Shown here: positions 37,971 through 47,588 of the stretch, one piece after another
Numbering within the stretch: the stretch's first letter is position 1
How the letters are laid out: every line of letters begins with the position of its first letter
Assembly: GCA_016186115.1 (NCBI GenBank)
Contig: JACPMK010000003.1
Location: 154,470-218,469, forward strand
From: Candidatus Wildermuthbacteria bacterium
GTDB taxonomy: Bacteria > Patescibacteriota > Minisyncoccia > Minisyncoccales > UBA10102
Reading direction: 5' to 3'
DNA length: 64,000 nt
The notes under the pieces: generated by a model
Told to the model about the DNA's origin: nothing
Databases searched by the model: none
What the model saw: only the letters and a program-made list of their open reading frames with translations
Translations under genes and position numbers: made by a program

Positions 37971-39029
37971 ATGCAAGATCGGCTATTGCAACTCCTGCCC
38001 GAGGCAAAAACAAATGTGCCCTTGGCTCCATACACAACTTTTCATATCGGCGGACCAGCCCGATATTTTTTTATTGCACGGCAAAAAGAAGATTTGGTTC
38101 ACGCGGTTGAGGCAGCGAAAAAACTGCATATACCCCTTTTTATTTTGGGAGGCGGTTCCAATGTTTTGGTTTCTGATAAAGGATTCAATGGCTTGGTGGT
38201 GAAAATAGAGATACAGGGAATCGATTGGAAGCAGCAAAAAGATGAGAACGTAAGAGTTTGTGTCTGTGCAGGAGAGCAATGGGATCATGTTGTTGCGCTT
38301 TCTATTGAGAAGAATCTTTTTGGCGTCGAAAACCTTTCGGGAATTCCGGGTACTATGGGAGCTGCTCCCGTGCAAAATATCGGGGCGTATGGAGCAGAAC
38401 TCAAGGATACTCTTGATGAAGTCGAGGTATTCAATAAAAAGACAACGCAATTCGAAAAATTATCAGCCGATGCGTGCAAGTTTCATTACCGTGAGAGTAT
38501 TTTCAAAAAAAAGGAAGGGGAATCGCTTATCATTTCAGAGGTTTCGCTGCTGCTCAAAACGAATGGGCAATTCCGTGTACAATATAAAGATATTGATCGA
38601 TATCTTAGTGATCATCAAATTAAAAATCTTTCACTTTCTATGCTTCGGAATATCATTCTCGAAATCCGGCAAAGAAAATTCCCTGATCTTCGCGAAGTAG
38701 GAACCGCAGGTTCTTTTTTTAAGAATCCTATCCTGCGTAAAAAGGAATTTCAGAAACTCATCGCGAAATTTCCAGAGATGCCTTTCTACGAACTGGACCA
38801 AGATCGAGTGAAGGTACCTGTTGCATGGATTTTAGATCGTATCTGTCGTCTTAAAGGGAAAACCAAGGGGTCTGTGGGTGCATATGAAAGACAACCGTTG
38901 GTGCTTATCAATACGGGAAACGCTACTGCAAATGAAGTAAAGGAATTTGCGTATGAAATCATACGAAATGTAAAAGAAAAAACAGGAATTTCTATTGAAT
39001 CAGAAGTGCAATTGGTTGGGAAATTTTAG
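37971..39029 (+). CDS. murB: UDP-N-acetylenolpyruvoylglucosamine reductase
   Basis: PLAPYTTFHIGGPARYF...LGGGSNVL...NLSGIPGTMGAAPVQNIGAYG...GSFFKNP. The ATG at 37971 is preferred over the TTG at 37929. Confidence 0.9.
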   Translation: MQDRLLQLLPEAKTNVPLAPYTTFHIGGPARYFFIARQKEDLVHAVEAAKKLHIPLFILGGGSNVLVSDKGFNGLVVKIEIQGIDWKQQKDENVRVCVCAGEQWDHVVALSIEKNLFGVENLSGIPGTMGAAPVQNIGAYGAELKDTLDEVEVFNKKTTQFEKLSADACKFHYRESIFKKKEGESLIISEVSLLLKTNGQFRVQYKDIDRYLSDHQIKNLSLSMLRNIILEIRQRKFPDLREVGTAGSFFKNPILRKKEFQKLIAKFPEMPFYELDQDRVKVPVAWILDRICRLKGKTKGSVGAYERQPLVLINTGNATANEVKEFAYEIIRNVKEKTGISIESEVQLVGKF

Positions 39030-39155
39030 AAATTTCAGTTTTCCCCATTGACATCATCTTTCGGCCATGAAAAAATGAGTTAAAGTGTGCAAATAGTGAG
39101 AAATGTCGACGCTATTTGTAAAGACAATTCTCTAACAAAGATAGCACCCACAACA

Positions 39156-39230
39156 ATGGCTAAGAAAAAAAGAAAGAGTGCAAAGAAAGCCGCGACTCGA
39201 AAGAGAACGACTCATCGGAGAAAAAGATAG
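39156..39230 (+). CDS. Candidate 24-aa highly basic micro-protein (MAKKKRKSAKKAATRKRTTHRRKR)
   Basis: ATG-to-TAG ORF absent from the ORF track because it is under 60 aa. 15 of 24 residues are K/R/H. A strong intrinsic terminator starts 24 nt after the stop. No clear SD. Confidence 0.35.
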   Translation: MAKKKRKSAKKAATRKRTTHRRKR

Positions 39231-39253
39231 ATCTATTTTTCTCTCGATACTCT

Positions 39254-39285
39254 CGCAATCCCGCTTCAAGCGGGATTGCGTTTTT
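39254..39285 (+). terminator. Rho-independent terminator
   Basis: cgcaatcccgc / ttcaa / gcgggattgcg followed by ttttt. Confidence 0.8.
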
Positions 39286-39344
39286 GTTCCAATGGAGTAC
39301 AATAGAACGCAGGGATAGATTCTCCCGATTGTATATTCTGAAAA

Positions 39345-39749
39345 ATGATCCGATCACGAAGACGGTTCAAGAATGGCAAGAACCATACCAATGTTCGATA
39401 TGCCGGAGTTCATCTCATCGCTGATTTTTGGCATGGGAAAATCATTGAAGACGAGAAACAATTTGAAACATTACTCTGGCAGGCAGCAAAGAAGGCGAGA
39501 AGTCATCCTCTGCAAATTGCATTGCATAAATTTTCTCCTCAAGGAATTACAGGCGTTCTTTTGCTTTCCGAATCGCACATCGCAATCCATACCTGGCCCG
39601 AGATTGGATATACTGCTGTCGATATTTTTACATGCGGAAAGAAATCTTTCCCCTCAAGAGCGCTCAAATTTCTCCGCAAGGTTTTGCAGCCTCATGAGGT
39701 TATGATTCGAGAAATCAGACGCGGAGAAGCAATCGCATCTATCTCATGA
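39345..39749 (+). CDS. speH: S-adenosylmethionine decarboxylase proenzyme (small pyruvoyl SpeH/SpeD type)
   Basis: G.HLIADFW..., and the self-cleavage site LLSESHIAIHTWPE, then DIFTCG. Confidence 0.85.
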   Translation: MIRSRRRFKNGKNHTNVRYAGVHLIADFWHGKIIEDEKQFETLLWQAAKKARSHPLQIALHKFSPQGITGVLLLSESHIAIHTWPEIGYTAVDIFTCGKKSFPSRALKFLRKVLQPHEVMIREIRRGEAIASIS

Positions 39750-39755
39750 TTTTCT

Positions 39756-42248
39756 ATGTCTTTTCTGGCGAAATTATTTCGCAATGTCGCCCAAGGCGAT
39801 TTGCGGACATTTAATTCTGTTATCTCTGCAATAAATGCCCTTGAGAATCAATGGGCTGTTTTTTCATCAGAACAATTGAAAGAAAAAACCAAAGAACTTA
39901 AAGAAGAACTTCGCAGTGGCAAATCTCTTGACGACGTATTGCCCGAGGCCTTTGCTCAAGTTCGTGAGGCAGCAAAACGCACCTTAGGGCAGCGGCATTT
40001 TGACGTTCAGCTCATGGGCGGTATTGTTTTGCATCAAGGAAAGATCGCTGAAATGAAAACAGGAGAAGGAAAGACCCTTGCTGCAACATTACCCGCGTAT
40101 CTCAATGCGCTTGAGGAAAAAGGCGTGCATATTGTGACAGTAAATGATTATCTTGCAAAACGGGACACGGTCTGGATGGGGCAGATTTACCATGCACTTG
40201 GTTTAGCCGTGGGATGTATCACGCATGACGCATCGTACCTGTACGATCCTCATTATACATCCCAAATCCCAATGGCCAATGACCAAAATACGGAGCGAGA
40301 CAAAGAGCGTGACACAGTGGGCGGGTTCAAAGTGATCGAGAGTTATCTGCGACCGGTTTCGCGCAAAGAGGCCTATGCCGCTGACATTACCTATGGCACC
40401 AACAATGAATTTGGATTCGACTATTTGCGAGATAACATGATGTATAATCTGGAGGAGCGGGTGCAGCGAGAACACCAATTCGCAATCATTGATGAAATCG
40501 ACTCGATTTTGATTGATGAATCGAGAACTCCTTTAATTATATCTGCTCCAGACGAGGAAAGTTCTAAATGGTATTATGATTTTGCGCATCTGATTCCTCA
40601 TCTGGTCGCAAAAGAGGATTACGAGGTCGATGAAAAACTCAAAGCAGTTACACTTACAGAACAGGGTGTCAACAAAGTTGAGCAATTGCTTGGCGTGAAA
40701 GATATTTATGAAGAGAAAGGAATTAAATATCTTCATCATTTGGAGCAAGCGCTCCGAGCCCAGGTATTATTTCAGTGCGACCGTGATTATGTGGTCCGCA
40801 ATGGCGAGGTGATTATTGTAGATGAGTTTACGGGCCGTCTCTTGCCCGGTCGGAGATTTTCCGGCGGGCTTCATCAGGCATTGGAGGCAAAGGAAGGCGT
40901 CAAAGTGCAGCCAGAATCAATCACCTTGGCTTCCATTACCTTTCAGAATTATTTTCGAACGTATAAAAAATTAGCAGGTATGACCGGAACCGCAGAAACC
41001 TCTGCAGAAGAATTTCATAAGGTCTACAACTTGGAAGTAGTCGTTGTTCCAACCAATAAATTAATGATTCGAAAGGATTTGCCTGATCAAATTTATAAAA
41101 CCGCACAAGCGAAATTCGAGGCAGTTGCAAAACAAGTAAAAGAACTTCACGACAAGGGGCAGCCGGTTCTTATTGGCACGGTCTCAATCCAAAAGAATGA
41201 ATATTTGAGTAAATTACTGGAGCGGGAAGGAGTTCCGCATCAGGTTCTCAATGCCAAGCATCATGAAAAAGAAGGAGAAATTATCGCTCAAGCCGGGCGT
41301 CTGGGCGCAGTGACCGTTGCCACCAACATGGCAGGCCGCGGTGTGGATATCATCCTCGGGGGGAACCCGCAGGTTCCCGGAGATGTGGAGCGGTGCAGAA
41401 GCATTGGGGGGCTCCATGTGATTGGAACCGAGCGCCACGAAGCACGAAGAATCGACAATCAGCTTCGCGGAAGATCGGGGAGGCAAGGTGATCCCGGTTC
41501 CTCTCAATTTTTTGTTTCTTTGGAAGACGATCTCATCCGAATCTTTGGAGGCGATCGTATTGCAAAAATTATGGATCGTTTGCATTTGCCGGAAGATCAG
41601 CCCATTGAGTCGGGAATTATTTCCCATGCCATTGAGTCAGCGCAATCACGGATCGAGGGCATGAACTTCGATACCAGAAAACACCTTCTTGATTTTGACG
41701 ACGTGCTCAACAAGCACAGGGATGTAATATATAGGAAGCGAAAAGAAATTCTTGAGAAGGCCCAAGTGCAGGATTCGAATAACCCCGCGAGTTTAAAAGC
41801 GTATCTGCTTCCATTCTGTGAGCAGCACGGCTACACGCGGGAAGATTATGAAAAGAAAGAAAAAGAGCTGGGCCAAGAAAATATGCGGCAAGCCGAGAAG
41901 ATTGTTGCATTGCGCGCCATTGATTCGTTGTGGGTTGAACATTTGGAAAACATGGAGCAGTTGCGCGACTCGGTGCGGCTGCGCGCCTATGGCCAGCAGG
42001 ATCCCTTGGTGGAGTACAAACACGAGGGTCACCAAATGTTTCAGAATCTTCTTGCTACTATGGAAGAATTGATCGCGAATTCTTTGATGCGTGTCCAGAT
42101 CGCCCCTCGACAGAACTCGGGGCAAGCCCCCCAAACTTCGCAGCAGATGGCATCTGTACGATCTCCGAACGCTGCTCCCAAGGTTGGCAGAAATGATCCT
42201 TGCCCCTGCGGAAGCGGTTTAAAGTATAAAAAGTGCCACGGGAAATAA
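39756..42248 (+). CDS. secA: Preprotein translocase ATPase SecA
   Basis: MKTGEGKTL Walker [40 protein letters not shown], and the C-terminal zinc tail [15 protein letters not shown]. Confidence 0.95.
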   Translation: MSFLAKLFRNVAQGDLRTFNSVISAINALENQWAVFSSEQLKEKTKELKEELRSGKSLDDVLPEAFAQVREAAKRTLGQRHFDVQLMGGIVLHQGKIAEMKTGEGKTLAATLPAYLNALEEKGVHIVTVNDYLAKRDTVWMGQIYHALGLAVGCITHDASYLYDPHYTSQIPMANDQNTERDKERDTVGGFKVIESYLRPVSRKEAYAADITYGTNNEFGFDYLRDNMMYNLEERVQREHQFAIIDEIDSILIDESRTPLIISAPDEESSKWYYDFAHLIPHLVAKEDYEVDEKLKAVTLTEQGVNKVEQLLGVKDIYEEKGIKYLHHLEQALRAQVLFQCDRDYVVRNGEVIIVDEFTGRLLPGRRFSGGLHQALEAKEGVKVQPESITLASITFQNYFRTYKKLAGMTGTAETSAEEFHKVYNLEVVVVPTNKLMIRKDLPDQIYKTAQAKFEAVAKQVKELHDKGQPVLIGTVSIQKNEYLSKLLEREGVPHQVLNAKHHEKEGEIIAQAGRLGAVTVATNMAGRGVDIILGGNPQVPGDVERCRSIGGLHVIGTERHEARRIDNQLRGRSGRQGDPGSSQFFVSLEDDLIRIFGGDRIAKIMDRLHLPEDQPIESGIISHAIESAQSRIEGMNFDTRKHLLDFDDVLNKHRDVIYRKRKEILEKAQVQDSNNPASLKAYLLPFCEQHGYTREDYEKKEKELGQENMRQAEKIVALRAIDSLWVEHLENMEQLRDSVRLRAYGQQDPLVEYKHEGHQMFQNLLATMEELIANSLMRVQIAPRQNSGQAPQTSQQMASVRSPNAAPKVGRNDPCPCGSGLKYKKCHGK

Positions 42249-42249
42249 T

Positions 42250-42423
42250 ATGGCAATAAAACCAAAATGCGACAAATGTAAAAAGGAGTTGAAAGAATTT
42301 GGAGGAATTCTATTGAGTCCACCAAAGAAGAATGTGGTGAAGAAATTTCACCTATGCCAAAAATGTTATTATGAGATTTCTCGTGGCCTGGGTAAGAAAT
42401 ATAAGAAGTGTCATGGAAAATAG
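42250..42423 (+). CDS. 57-aa zinc-ribbon-like protein ending in a SecA-tail-like motif (..[10 protein letters not shown])
   Basis: The ATG lies 1 nt after the secA stop. The sequence is [57 protein letters not shown], with CxxC at residues 7-10 and 35-38. The stop is 1 nt before the next ATG. Confidence 0.5.
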   Translation: MAIKPKCDKCKKELKEFGGILLSPPKKNVVKKFHLCQKCYYEISRGLGKKYKKCHGK

Positions 42424-42424
42424 C

Positions 42425-42646
42425 ATGATCAAATTAGGAAAATACCGACACTACAAAGGAAAAGAGTATGAAGTTATAGGTGCTGCGCGACACAGCGAAA
42501 CGCTGGAAGAATTGGTGATTTATCGAGCATTATATGGAAATTTTGACCTGTGGGCGCGGCCACTGAAGATGTTTTTGGAGGAAGTAGAAGTTGATGGTAA
42601 AAAGATGCCACGATTTCAATATTTGGGTGATCCGCGTGGCAATTAG
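42425..42646 (+). CDS. DUF1653-family small protein
   Basis: [52 protein letters not shown] matches the DUF1653 pattern. The ATG at 42425 is preferred. Confidence 0.7.
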   Translation: MIKLGKYRHYKGKEYEVIGAARHSETLEELVIYRALYGNFDLWARPLKMFLEEVEVDGKKMPRFQYLGDPRGN

Positions 42647-42711
42647 CATTAAAGATGTCATGGGAAATAAAGCGGAGTGCTCGCAGAGATAAAATTTGTT
42701 AAGATAGCAAT

Positions 42712-43141
42712 ATGAAGACAAGAAAGCGAAAAACAGTATCTTCTAAGTCCGCTCAGGAGATTCAGGACGATATTTTTCGAAAGATGTCTGCCGATAGAAA
42801 ATTTGCCACAGCAGCGCGCTTATCAATGTTTTGTTTGAAATTACATGCATTACATCACCATGCCGCACGAAATAGTGGATCCTAGAAAAGTAGTGGTACA
42901 GATAGCGAGTATATTTGATAACGTTAAAATTCCTTACTTTATAACCGGCGGCTTCGCCGTTTCTGTCTGGGGGCGGCCGCGCGCAACTTTCGATATCGAT
43001 ATTGTAGTAGAGCTTACCGAACCAAAGCAGATTGGCCCATTTGCTTCGGAAGTGCTTACGCTTGGCCTTCCAGATGAAAATGGAGAAGTTATTTTATTAA
43101 CCCCGACCGCAAAAGTTCCTAACGGCGGGAAAATGTTTTGA
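42712..43141 (+). pseudogene. Probable frameshifted/decayed nucleotidyltransferase-domain gene (two overlapping reading frames)
   Basis: Frame 1 (42712-42885) encodes a 57-aa N-terminal piece. Frame 2 (42845-43141) encodes IPYFITGGFAVSVWGRPRATFDIDIVVEL, an NTase-fold GG...DxD, and ends prematurely. Short ORF debris follows to about 43300. Confidence 0.35.
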
Positions 43142-43300
43142 TATGATGGATGAATTGATCGATTTGAATGTTCCAGAAAAACTCGCTTATCCCTTAAAGC
43201 TTTCCTGCGAACATATTTTCAAATTGAGCAGAATGTAAAAATGGAACTTAAGAAATTGATTGTTGATGTGAAGGTGCAGGATTTAGAAAAATGAGATAAG

Positions 43301-43329
43301 TTGAGACAGGCTAAGCCTGTCTATATAAT
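43301..43329 (+). promoter_or_regulatory. sigma70-like promoter (TTGAGA-17nt-TATAAT) with a 19-nt palindrome in the spacer
   Basis: -35 at 43301-43306 and -10 at 43324-43329. The palindrome agacaggctaagcctgtct spans 43304-43322. The ATG at 43338 is 8 nt after the -10. Confidence 0.5.
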
Positions 43330-43337
43330 ATAGAGGT

Positions 43338-43802
43338 ATGTTGCGAGGTTTGGTAAAATTCACGACGATTCTGGCAGCCTTTTTGATTGGAGTTGTGGTT
43401 GGGGGATATTTGTTTGCAGATAGCCAGCCGAGATCATTTCTCGCTATTCCCGATTGCAGAGATCGTTGTCTTGATGCAAATGAGCTGACGGGACTGCTGG
43501 GATCAATAGGGATTCAGCGATTCAATGGACTGGTTCCGCTCATGGTGAAGGAAACCGAAAAAACAGTAGTCATCAAGCATCCGTTTCCTCAAGCCCCGGT
43601 TCATTACGTGATTATTCCCAAAAAAGACATCCGGAATATCGCGGAATTAGAAGAAGCGGATCAGGAATATATCGTTGATGCGTTGGCAGTTGCAGGAGAG
43701 CTTGCGCGGCAGGAAAAATTGGTGAAGTATCGCATTCTGACCAATGGCCCCGGCTATCAGTCGGTCGCGTATTTGCACTTCCACCTTATGGGAAATAGAT
43801 GA
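43338..43802 (+). CDS. HIT-family (histidine triad) protein with N-terminal membrane anchor
   Basis: An N-terminal hydrophobic helix. The C-terminal NGPGYQSVAYLHFHLMG is a variant triad with Y in place of the first His. Confidence 0.65.
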   Translation: MLRGLVKFTTILAAFLIGVVVGGYLFADSQPRSFLAIPDCRDRCLDANELTGLLGSIGIQRFNGLVPLMVKETEKTVVIKHPFPQAPVHYVIIPKKDIRNIAELEEADQEYIVDALAVAGELARQEKLVKYRILTNGPGYQSVAYLHFHLMGNR

Positions 43803-43803
43803 T

Positions 43804-44115
43804 ATGAAAATAGAAATTGACCTCACAAAAATCAGAGAGAATCTACGCAATGCGATGCGGGAATGCGGTTATGCGCCGGAAGGAGTAGAGGAATCGACAG
43901 GCGAGTTGAAGTTTTTTCGTTCTATTCGCGGAGGGCGCTATCCAAGATTTCATATATATTGTAGGGTTTTACCCGACGATACCAAGGCGGTTTTGAATCT
44001 GCATTTAGATCAGAAGCAGCCGAGCTATGCCGGATCTGCGGCGCATAGTGGCGAGTACGAGGGTTCTGTTGTCGAGGCCGAAGCCGCCCGCATCCAATCG
44101 CATCTTTACTTTTAA
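43804..44115 (+). CDS. Conserved-looking hypothetical protein (103 aa)
   Basis: The ATG is 1 nt after the upstream stop. The protein is soluble (RFHIYCRV...LHLDQKQPSY...AHSGEYEG). No family was recognised. Confidence 0.5.
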   Translation: MKIEIDLTKIRENLRNAMRECGYAPEGVEESTGELKFFRSIRGGRYPRFHIYCRVLPDDTKAVLNLHLDQKQPSYAGSAAHSGEYEGSVVEAEAARIQSHLYF

Positions 44116-44148
44116 GCAATTCGATGGTATCGTATAGAGGACTCTTTC

Positions 44149-45588
44149 ATGAGAAAACGTACACTTGGTGCGGTTCTATTTTGTATTATACTTTTGGGAA
44201 TTGCTGCTGCTGTTTTTGTATTTCCTAATGAAGTCAATCGCGGGATTGACTTTTTTAATGCAAAAAGAGATCAAATTTCGAAATTGCAATGGCTGCCCCA
44301 CATCCGGCAGGTTCCCAATGTGCCTTTTCGTTTTGGTTTGGATCTGCGAGGCGGAGCCCAACTCACCTATCAAGCCGATCTTTCAAATGTTCAGAAGTCC
44401 GAATACGACGCAAAGATGCAGGGATTGCGAGATATTATTGAGCGAAGAGTGAATTTCTTTGGAGTTGTGGAGCCCAATATTCAGATTGAGGGTTCTGGAG
44501 ATGACCAGCGGCTTGTCGTTGATCTGCCCGGAGTTACCAATGCAGAGCAGGCAAATAAACTTGTGACAAGCGCCCCATTTCTGGAGTTCAAGGAGCGTCT
44601 TTCTGTTGATCAGACAAAAGAAATTTTGAAGGAGTTTCTTGGAGATCAAAGCGACCAAGCAGATCCCGAAACGCTCTGCAGAACTTCTATTTTTTTGAGA
44701 TCATTTATCGCTGCCTATCGGACAGATCCCTGTTTCCAATCAGTTGGCCTGACGGGCGCACAATTGAAGCGGGCGGATGTGGATTTTCAACAACTTCCGA
44801 GTCAGCCGGCGGTTTCTCTTCAGTTTAATGAAGAAGGAGCAAAAATTTTTGAGGAAATTACAGGAAGAAATATTCAAAAACCAGTGGCAATTTATCTCGA
44901 TGGGCAACCCGTACAAATTGCTACTGTTCAGGAAAAGATTTCGGGAGGTCAGGCGCAAATCACAGGGATTGCTTCTCTTGATGAGGCCCGTCAGCTGGTG
45001 CGGAATTTAAATGCAGGAGCAATTCCCGTATCTATTACATTAATTTCGCAGAGAACTTTAGGTCCAACGCTTGGAGCCCTTTCTTTGCAGCAGAGCTTAA
45101 GGGCCGGGATTGGAGGGCTTGCTGCCGTGCTTGGATTTATGATTTTGTTCTATCGATTGCCGGGTTTGCTCGCAAGTATCGCCCTTATGCTTTACGTGCT
45201 ATTTTTGCTTGCGTCCTTCAAAATTTTTTCTGTTACGCTTTCTTTGGCCGGGATCGCAGGAGTTATCCTTTCGATCGGCATGGCAGTGGACGCGAACATT
45301 CTTGTGTTTGCCAGAATGCGTGAGGAAATGCGGGAGGGAAAAGGTTTTTCTGCGGCGTTGAGCGAAGGATTCCGCCGGGCATGGCCCTCGATTCGCGATG
45401 GCAACCTTACTACAATTCTCACCACAGTCATCCTGTTTCTCCTTGGTTCTTCTTTCGTGCAGGGATTTGCGGTCACATTGCTTTTGGGTATTCTCTTGAG
45501 CATGTTTTCTGCGCTTGTTGTCACGAGAATTCTTTTGCGCATGTTCGAGGGAACCCGCTTATCGAACCTTAAGCGATTATGGATATAA
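44149..45588 (+). CDS. secD: Protein-export membrane protein SecD
   Basis: LGLDLRGG..., a periplasmic P1 domain, and a C-terminal 6-TM region with GIAGVILSIGMAVDANILVFARMREE. Confidence 0.9.
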   Translation: MRKRTLGAVLFCIILLGIAAAVFVFPNEVNRGIDFFNAKRDQISKLQWLPHIRQVPNVPFRFGLDLRGGAQLTYQADLSNVQKSEYDAKMQGLRDIIERRVNFFGVVEPNIQIEGSGDDQRLVVDLPGVTNAEQANKLVTSAPFLEFKERLSVDQTKEILKEFLGDQSDQADPETLCRTSIFLRSFIAAYRTDPCFQSVGLTGAQLKRADVDFQQLPSQPAVSLQFNEEGAKIFEEITGRNIQKPVAIYLDGQPVQIATVQEKISGGQAQITGIASLDEARQLVRNLNAGAIPVSITLISQRTLGPTLGALSLQQSLRAGIGGLAAVLGFMILFYRLPGLLASIALMLYVLFLLASFKIFSVTLSLAGIAGVILSIGMAVDANILVFARMREEMREGKGFSAALSEGFRRAWPSIRDGNLTTILTTVILFLLGSSFVQGFAVTLLLGILLSMFSALVVTRILLRMFEGTRLSNLKRLWI

Positions 45589-45598
45589 AATAGATAGT

Positions 45599-46480
45599 AT
45601 GAATTTCTTTCGATATCTTAAAATCTATTTCATTATTTCTGCTCTTTTGGTTGGCGCTGCAATCATGAGTATTGCGGTATTTCGTTTGCCCATCGGCATC
45701 GATTTTACCACGGGAAGTATTCTTGAAGTTGATTATGCCCAAGGGAGGCCGTCGAATCAGGAGATACAGGATCAACTCTCAAATATTGATCTTGGTTCAG
45801 TAACTATCCAGCCAGTTGGAGAGAGCGGCGTATTGTTGAAGATGAAAGATATTTCTCCCGAAACCCATCAGGAAATTTTAAAGCGCTTGGGAGACGATGC
45901 CAAAGAGTTACGCTTTGAATCCATTGGCCCGATCGTGGGCAGGGAGCTGCGCAATAAAACCTTCCTTATCGTTCTTCTTTCGGTGAGTTTGATGTTGCTT
46001 TACATTGCAATTGCTTTCCGGCGCGTAACGAAACCCATTTCTTCGTGGCATTATAGTTTGGCAAGTATTGTACCTCTTATCGTGAATATCCTTGTTCCGG
46101 TAGGAGTGTTTGCGGTGTTGGGACAGTTAGGCCAAAGCGTTCAAATTACTGTTCCTGTCGTTGTCGCCCTTTTGACGGTATTTGGGTATACAATCAATGA
46201 TACCGTGGTTGTGTTTGACCGAGTCAGAGAAAATATTCTAACCCATGCCGGTCTTGATTTTATTGATGTGGTCAATCGAAGCTTTCGGCAGACATTGGCC
46301 CGAAACTTGGGAACATCCTTTACGGTGCTCCTCACGTTATTTGCTATTTTCTTTTTTGGGGGAGGGACGCTCAAAGATTTTTCTTTAGCATTGATTATTG
46401 GCATTGCTACCGGTCTCTTTTCTTCTCTTTTCCTCGCGCCGTCTTTCCTTATCTTTTTTGCAAAGGTTAGACATTCTTGA
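45599..46480 (+). CDS. secF: Protein-export membrane protein SecF
   Basis: The ATG at 45599 is preferred. GIDFTTGS..., and YTINDTVVVFDRVREN. Confidence 0.9.
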   Translation: MNFFRYLKIYFIISALLVGAAIMSIAVFRLPIGIDFTTGSILEVDYAQGRPSNQEIQDQLSNIDLGSVTIQPVGESGVLLKMKDISPETHQEILKRLGDDAKELRFESIGPIVGRELRNKTFLIVLLSVSLMLLYIAIAFRRVTKPISSWHYSLASIVPLIVNILVPVGVFAVLGQLGQSVQITVPVVVALLTVFGYTINDTVVVFDRVRENILTHAGLDFIDVVNRSFRQTLARNLGTSFTVLLTLFAIFFFGGGTLKDFSLALIIGIATGLFSSLFLAPSFLIFFAKVRHS

Positions 46481-46507
46481 CATAAATTTATAAATTTGGT
46501 TTAATAT
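46477..46507 (+). promoter_or_regulatory. sigma70-like promoter overlapping the secF stop (TTGACA, then TTTAAT or TAATAT)
   Basis: -35 TTGACA at 46477-46482. A-T-rich -10 candidates lie at 46500-46507 (spacer 17-19 nt). Confidence 0.4.
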
Positions 46508-46541
46508 TTTAAACCCTTTATTTCCTAGATACTCTACACCT

Positions 46542-47588
46542 ATGTTTAGCTATGAAAAAATCTGTTCCCAGCTTCTTTCTGATACTCACCCTCGAACAAA
46601 GGATATTTTAACCAAGCGTTTCGGGCTGTATTCCGAGGAGCCGCAAACTCTTGAGGCCATCGGGAAAAGCCACGGCATTACAAGAGAAAGAGTGAGACAA
46701 ATCGTGGAAGATGGGATCGCTTTGCTCAAAGAAAAAGCGCTTCGCAATCGAAAAGAAAATCCTGAAGTTCAGGAGGTGTTGCGATATTTTGCAGACGCAT
46801 TGCGAAAGCTCGGATATGTCAAGAAAGAAGACCTTTTTATCGAATATCTTGAGGCAAAACCCCTTTCCTGCGAGGTCATATTTTTGATGCATTTGGAAGA
46901 TCGCTTCGCGAGGCATCGCGAAACCGAGGATTTCTATCCATTCTGGAGCGCGAAAAGAGAATACGTCGATCAGGCCCCAGCCATTCATCAAACGGTTATT
47001 GACTACCTCAAAGAACACAGCGCGATTCTTTCTGATGAAGAAATAAAAGAAGAGCTTTTAGCGAAGATTGAAAATCAGTTGCATCATCGTACATTCTTTT
47101 CTTTGCTCGAAAGTTCCAAGCACATTATGCAGGCGTATGATGGAAAATGGGGTTTGAGACAATGGCCAGAAGTGAATCCGCGCGGCATGAGAGAAAAAGC
47201 ATATATTGTATTGCGGAATGCGGGCAAACCCTTGCACTTTCTTCAAATTACGGAACACATTGATCATTTGCAAAAGCTCTTGCCAAGTCGTCCGGAAAGA
47301 GCAGTGCTTTCGCAGACCGTACATAACGAGCTTATTAAAGATCCCCGCTTTGTGCTGGTTGGAAGAGGAATTTATGCATTGAAGGACTGGGGATACGAAT
47401 CGGGAACAGTGCGGGATGTGTTGGTGGCTATTCTGGAACAGGCGGATGAACATCTCAGCAGAGAAGAGCTTATTCAGAAAACATTGGAACAGCGTCAGGT
47501 AAGAGAGAGCACTATTCTTTTAAATCTCCAAGATCGGGATCAGTTTGCGCGTGACGAGCAGGGGAGATATTATTTGGTACATATCTAA
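46542..47588 (+). CDS. DNA-binding protein: N-terminal sigma70 region-4-like HTH plus HARE-HTH-like winged helix domain(s)
   Basis: LTKRFGL...PQTLEAIGKSHGITRERVRQIVEDGI is a sigma-r4 pattern. AYIVLRNAGKPLHFLQI...RFVLVGRGIYALKDWGY is a HARE-HTH pattern as in the RNAP delta N-terminal domain. Confidence 0.6.
   Translation: MFSYEKICSQLLSDTHPRTKDILTKRFGLYSEEPQTLEAIGKSHGITRERVRQIVEDGIALLKEKALRNRKENPEVQEVLRYFADALRKLGYVKKEDLFIEYLEAKPLSCEVIFLMHLEDRFARHRETEDFYPFWSAKREYVDQAPAIHQTVIDYLKEHSAILSDEEIKEELLAKIENQLHHRTFFSLLESSKHIMQAYDGKWGLRQWPEVNPRGMREKAYIVLRNAGKPLHFLQITEHIDHLQKLLPSRPERAVLSQTVHNELIKDPRFVLVGRGIYALKDWGYESGTVRDVLVAILEQADEHLSREELIQKTLEQRQVRESTILLNLQDRDQFARDEQGRYYLVHI

Noticed and set aside
39160-39357. 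65-aa minus-strand ORF between murB and speH
   Set aside because: It starts with GTG, reads straight through the plus-strand terminator hairpin (39254-39285), and is antisense to the basic micro-ORF. Its low-complexity sequence has no homology features.
42845-42885. Programmed ribosomal frameshift joining the two nucleotidyltransferase fragments
   Set aside because: No slippery heptamer or stimulatory structure was seen. The downstream domain is itself truncated and followed by ORF debris, so gene decay or sequencing error is more parsimonious.
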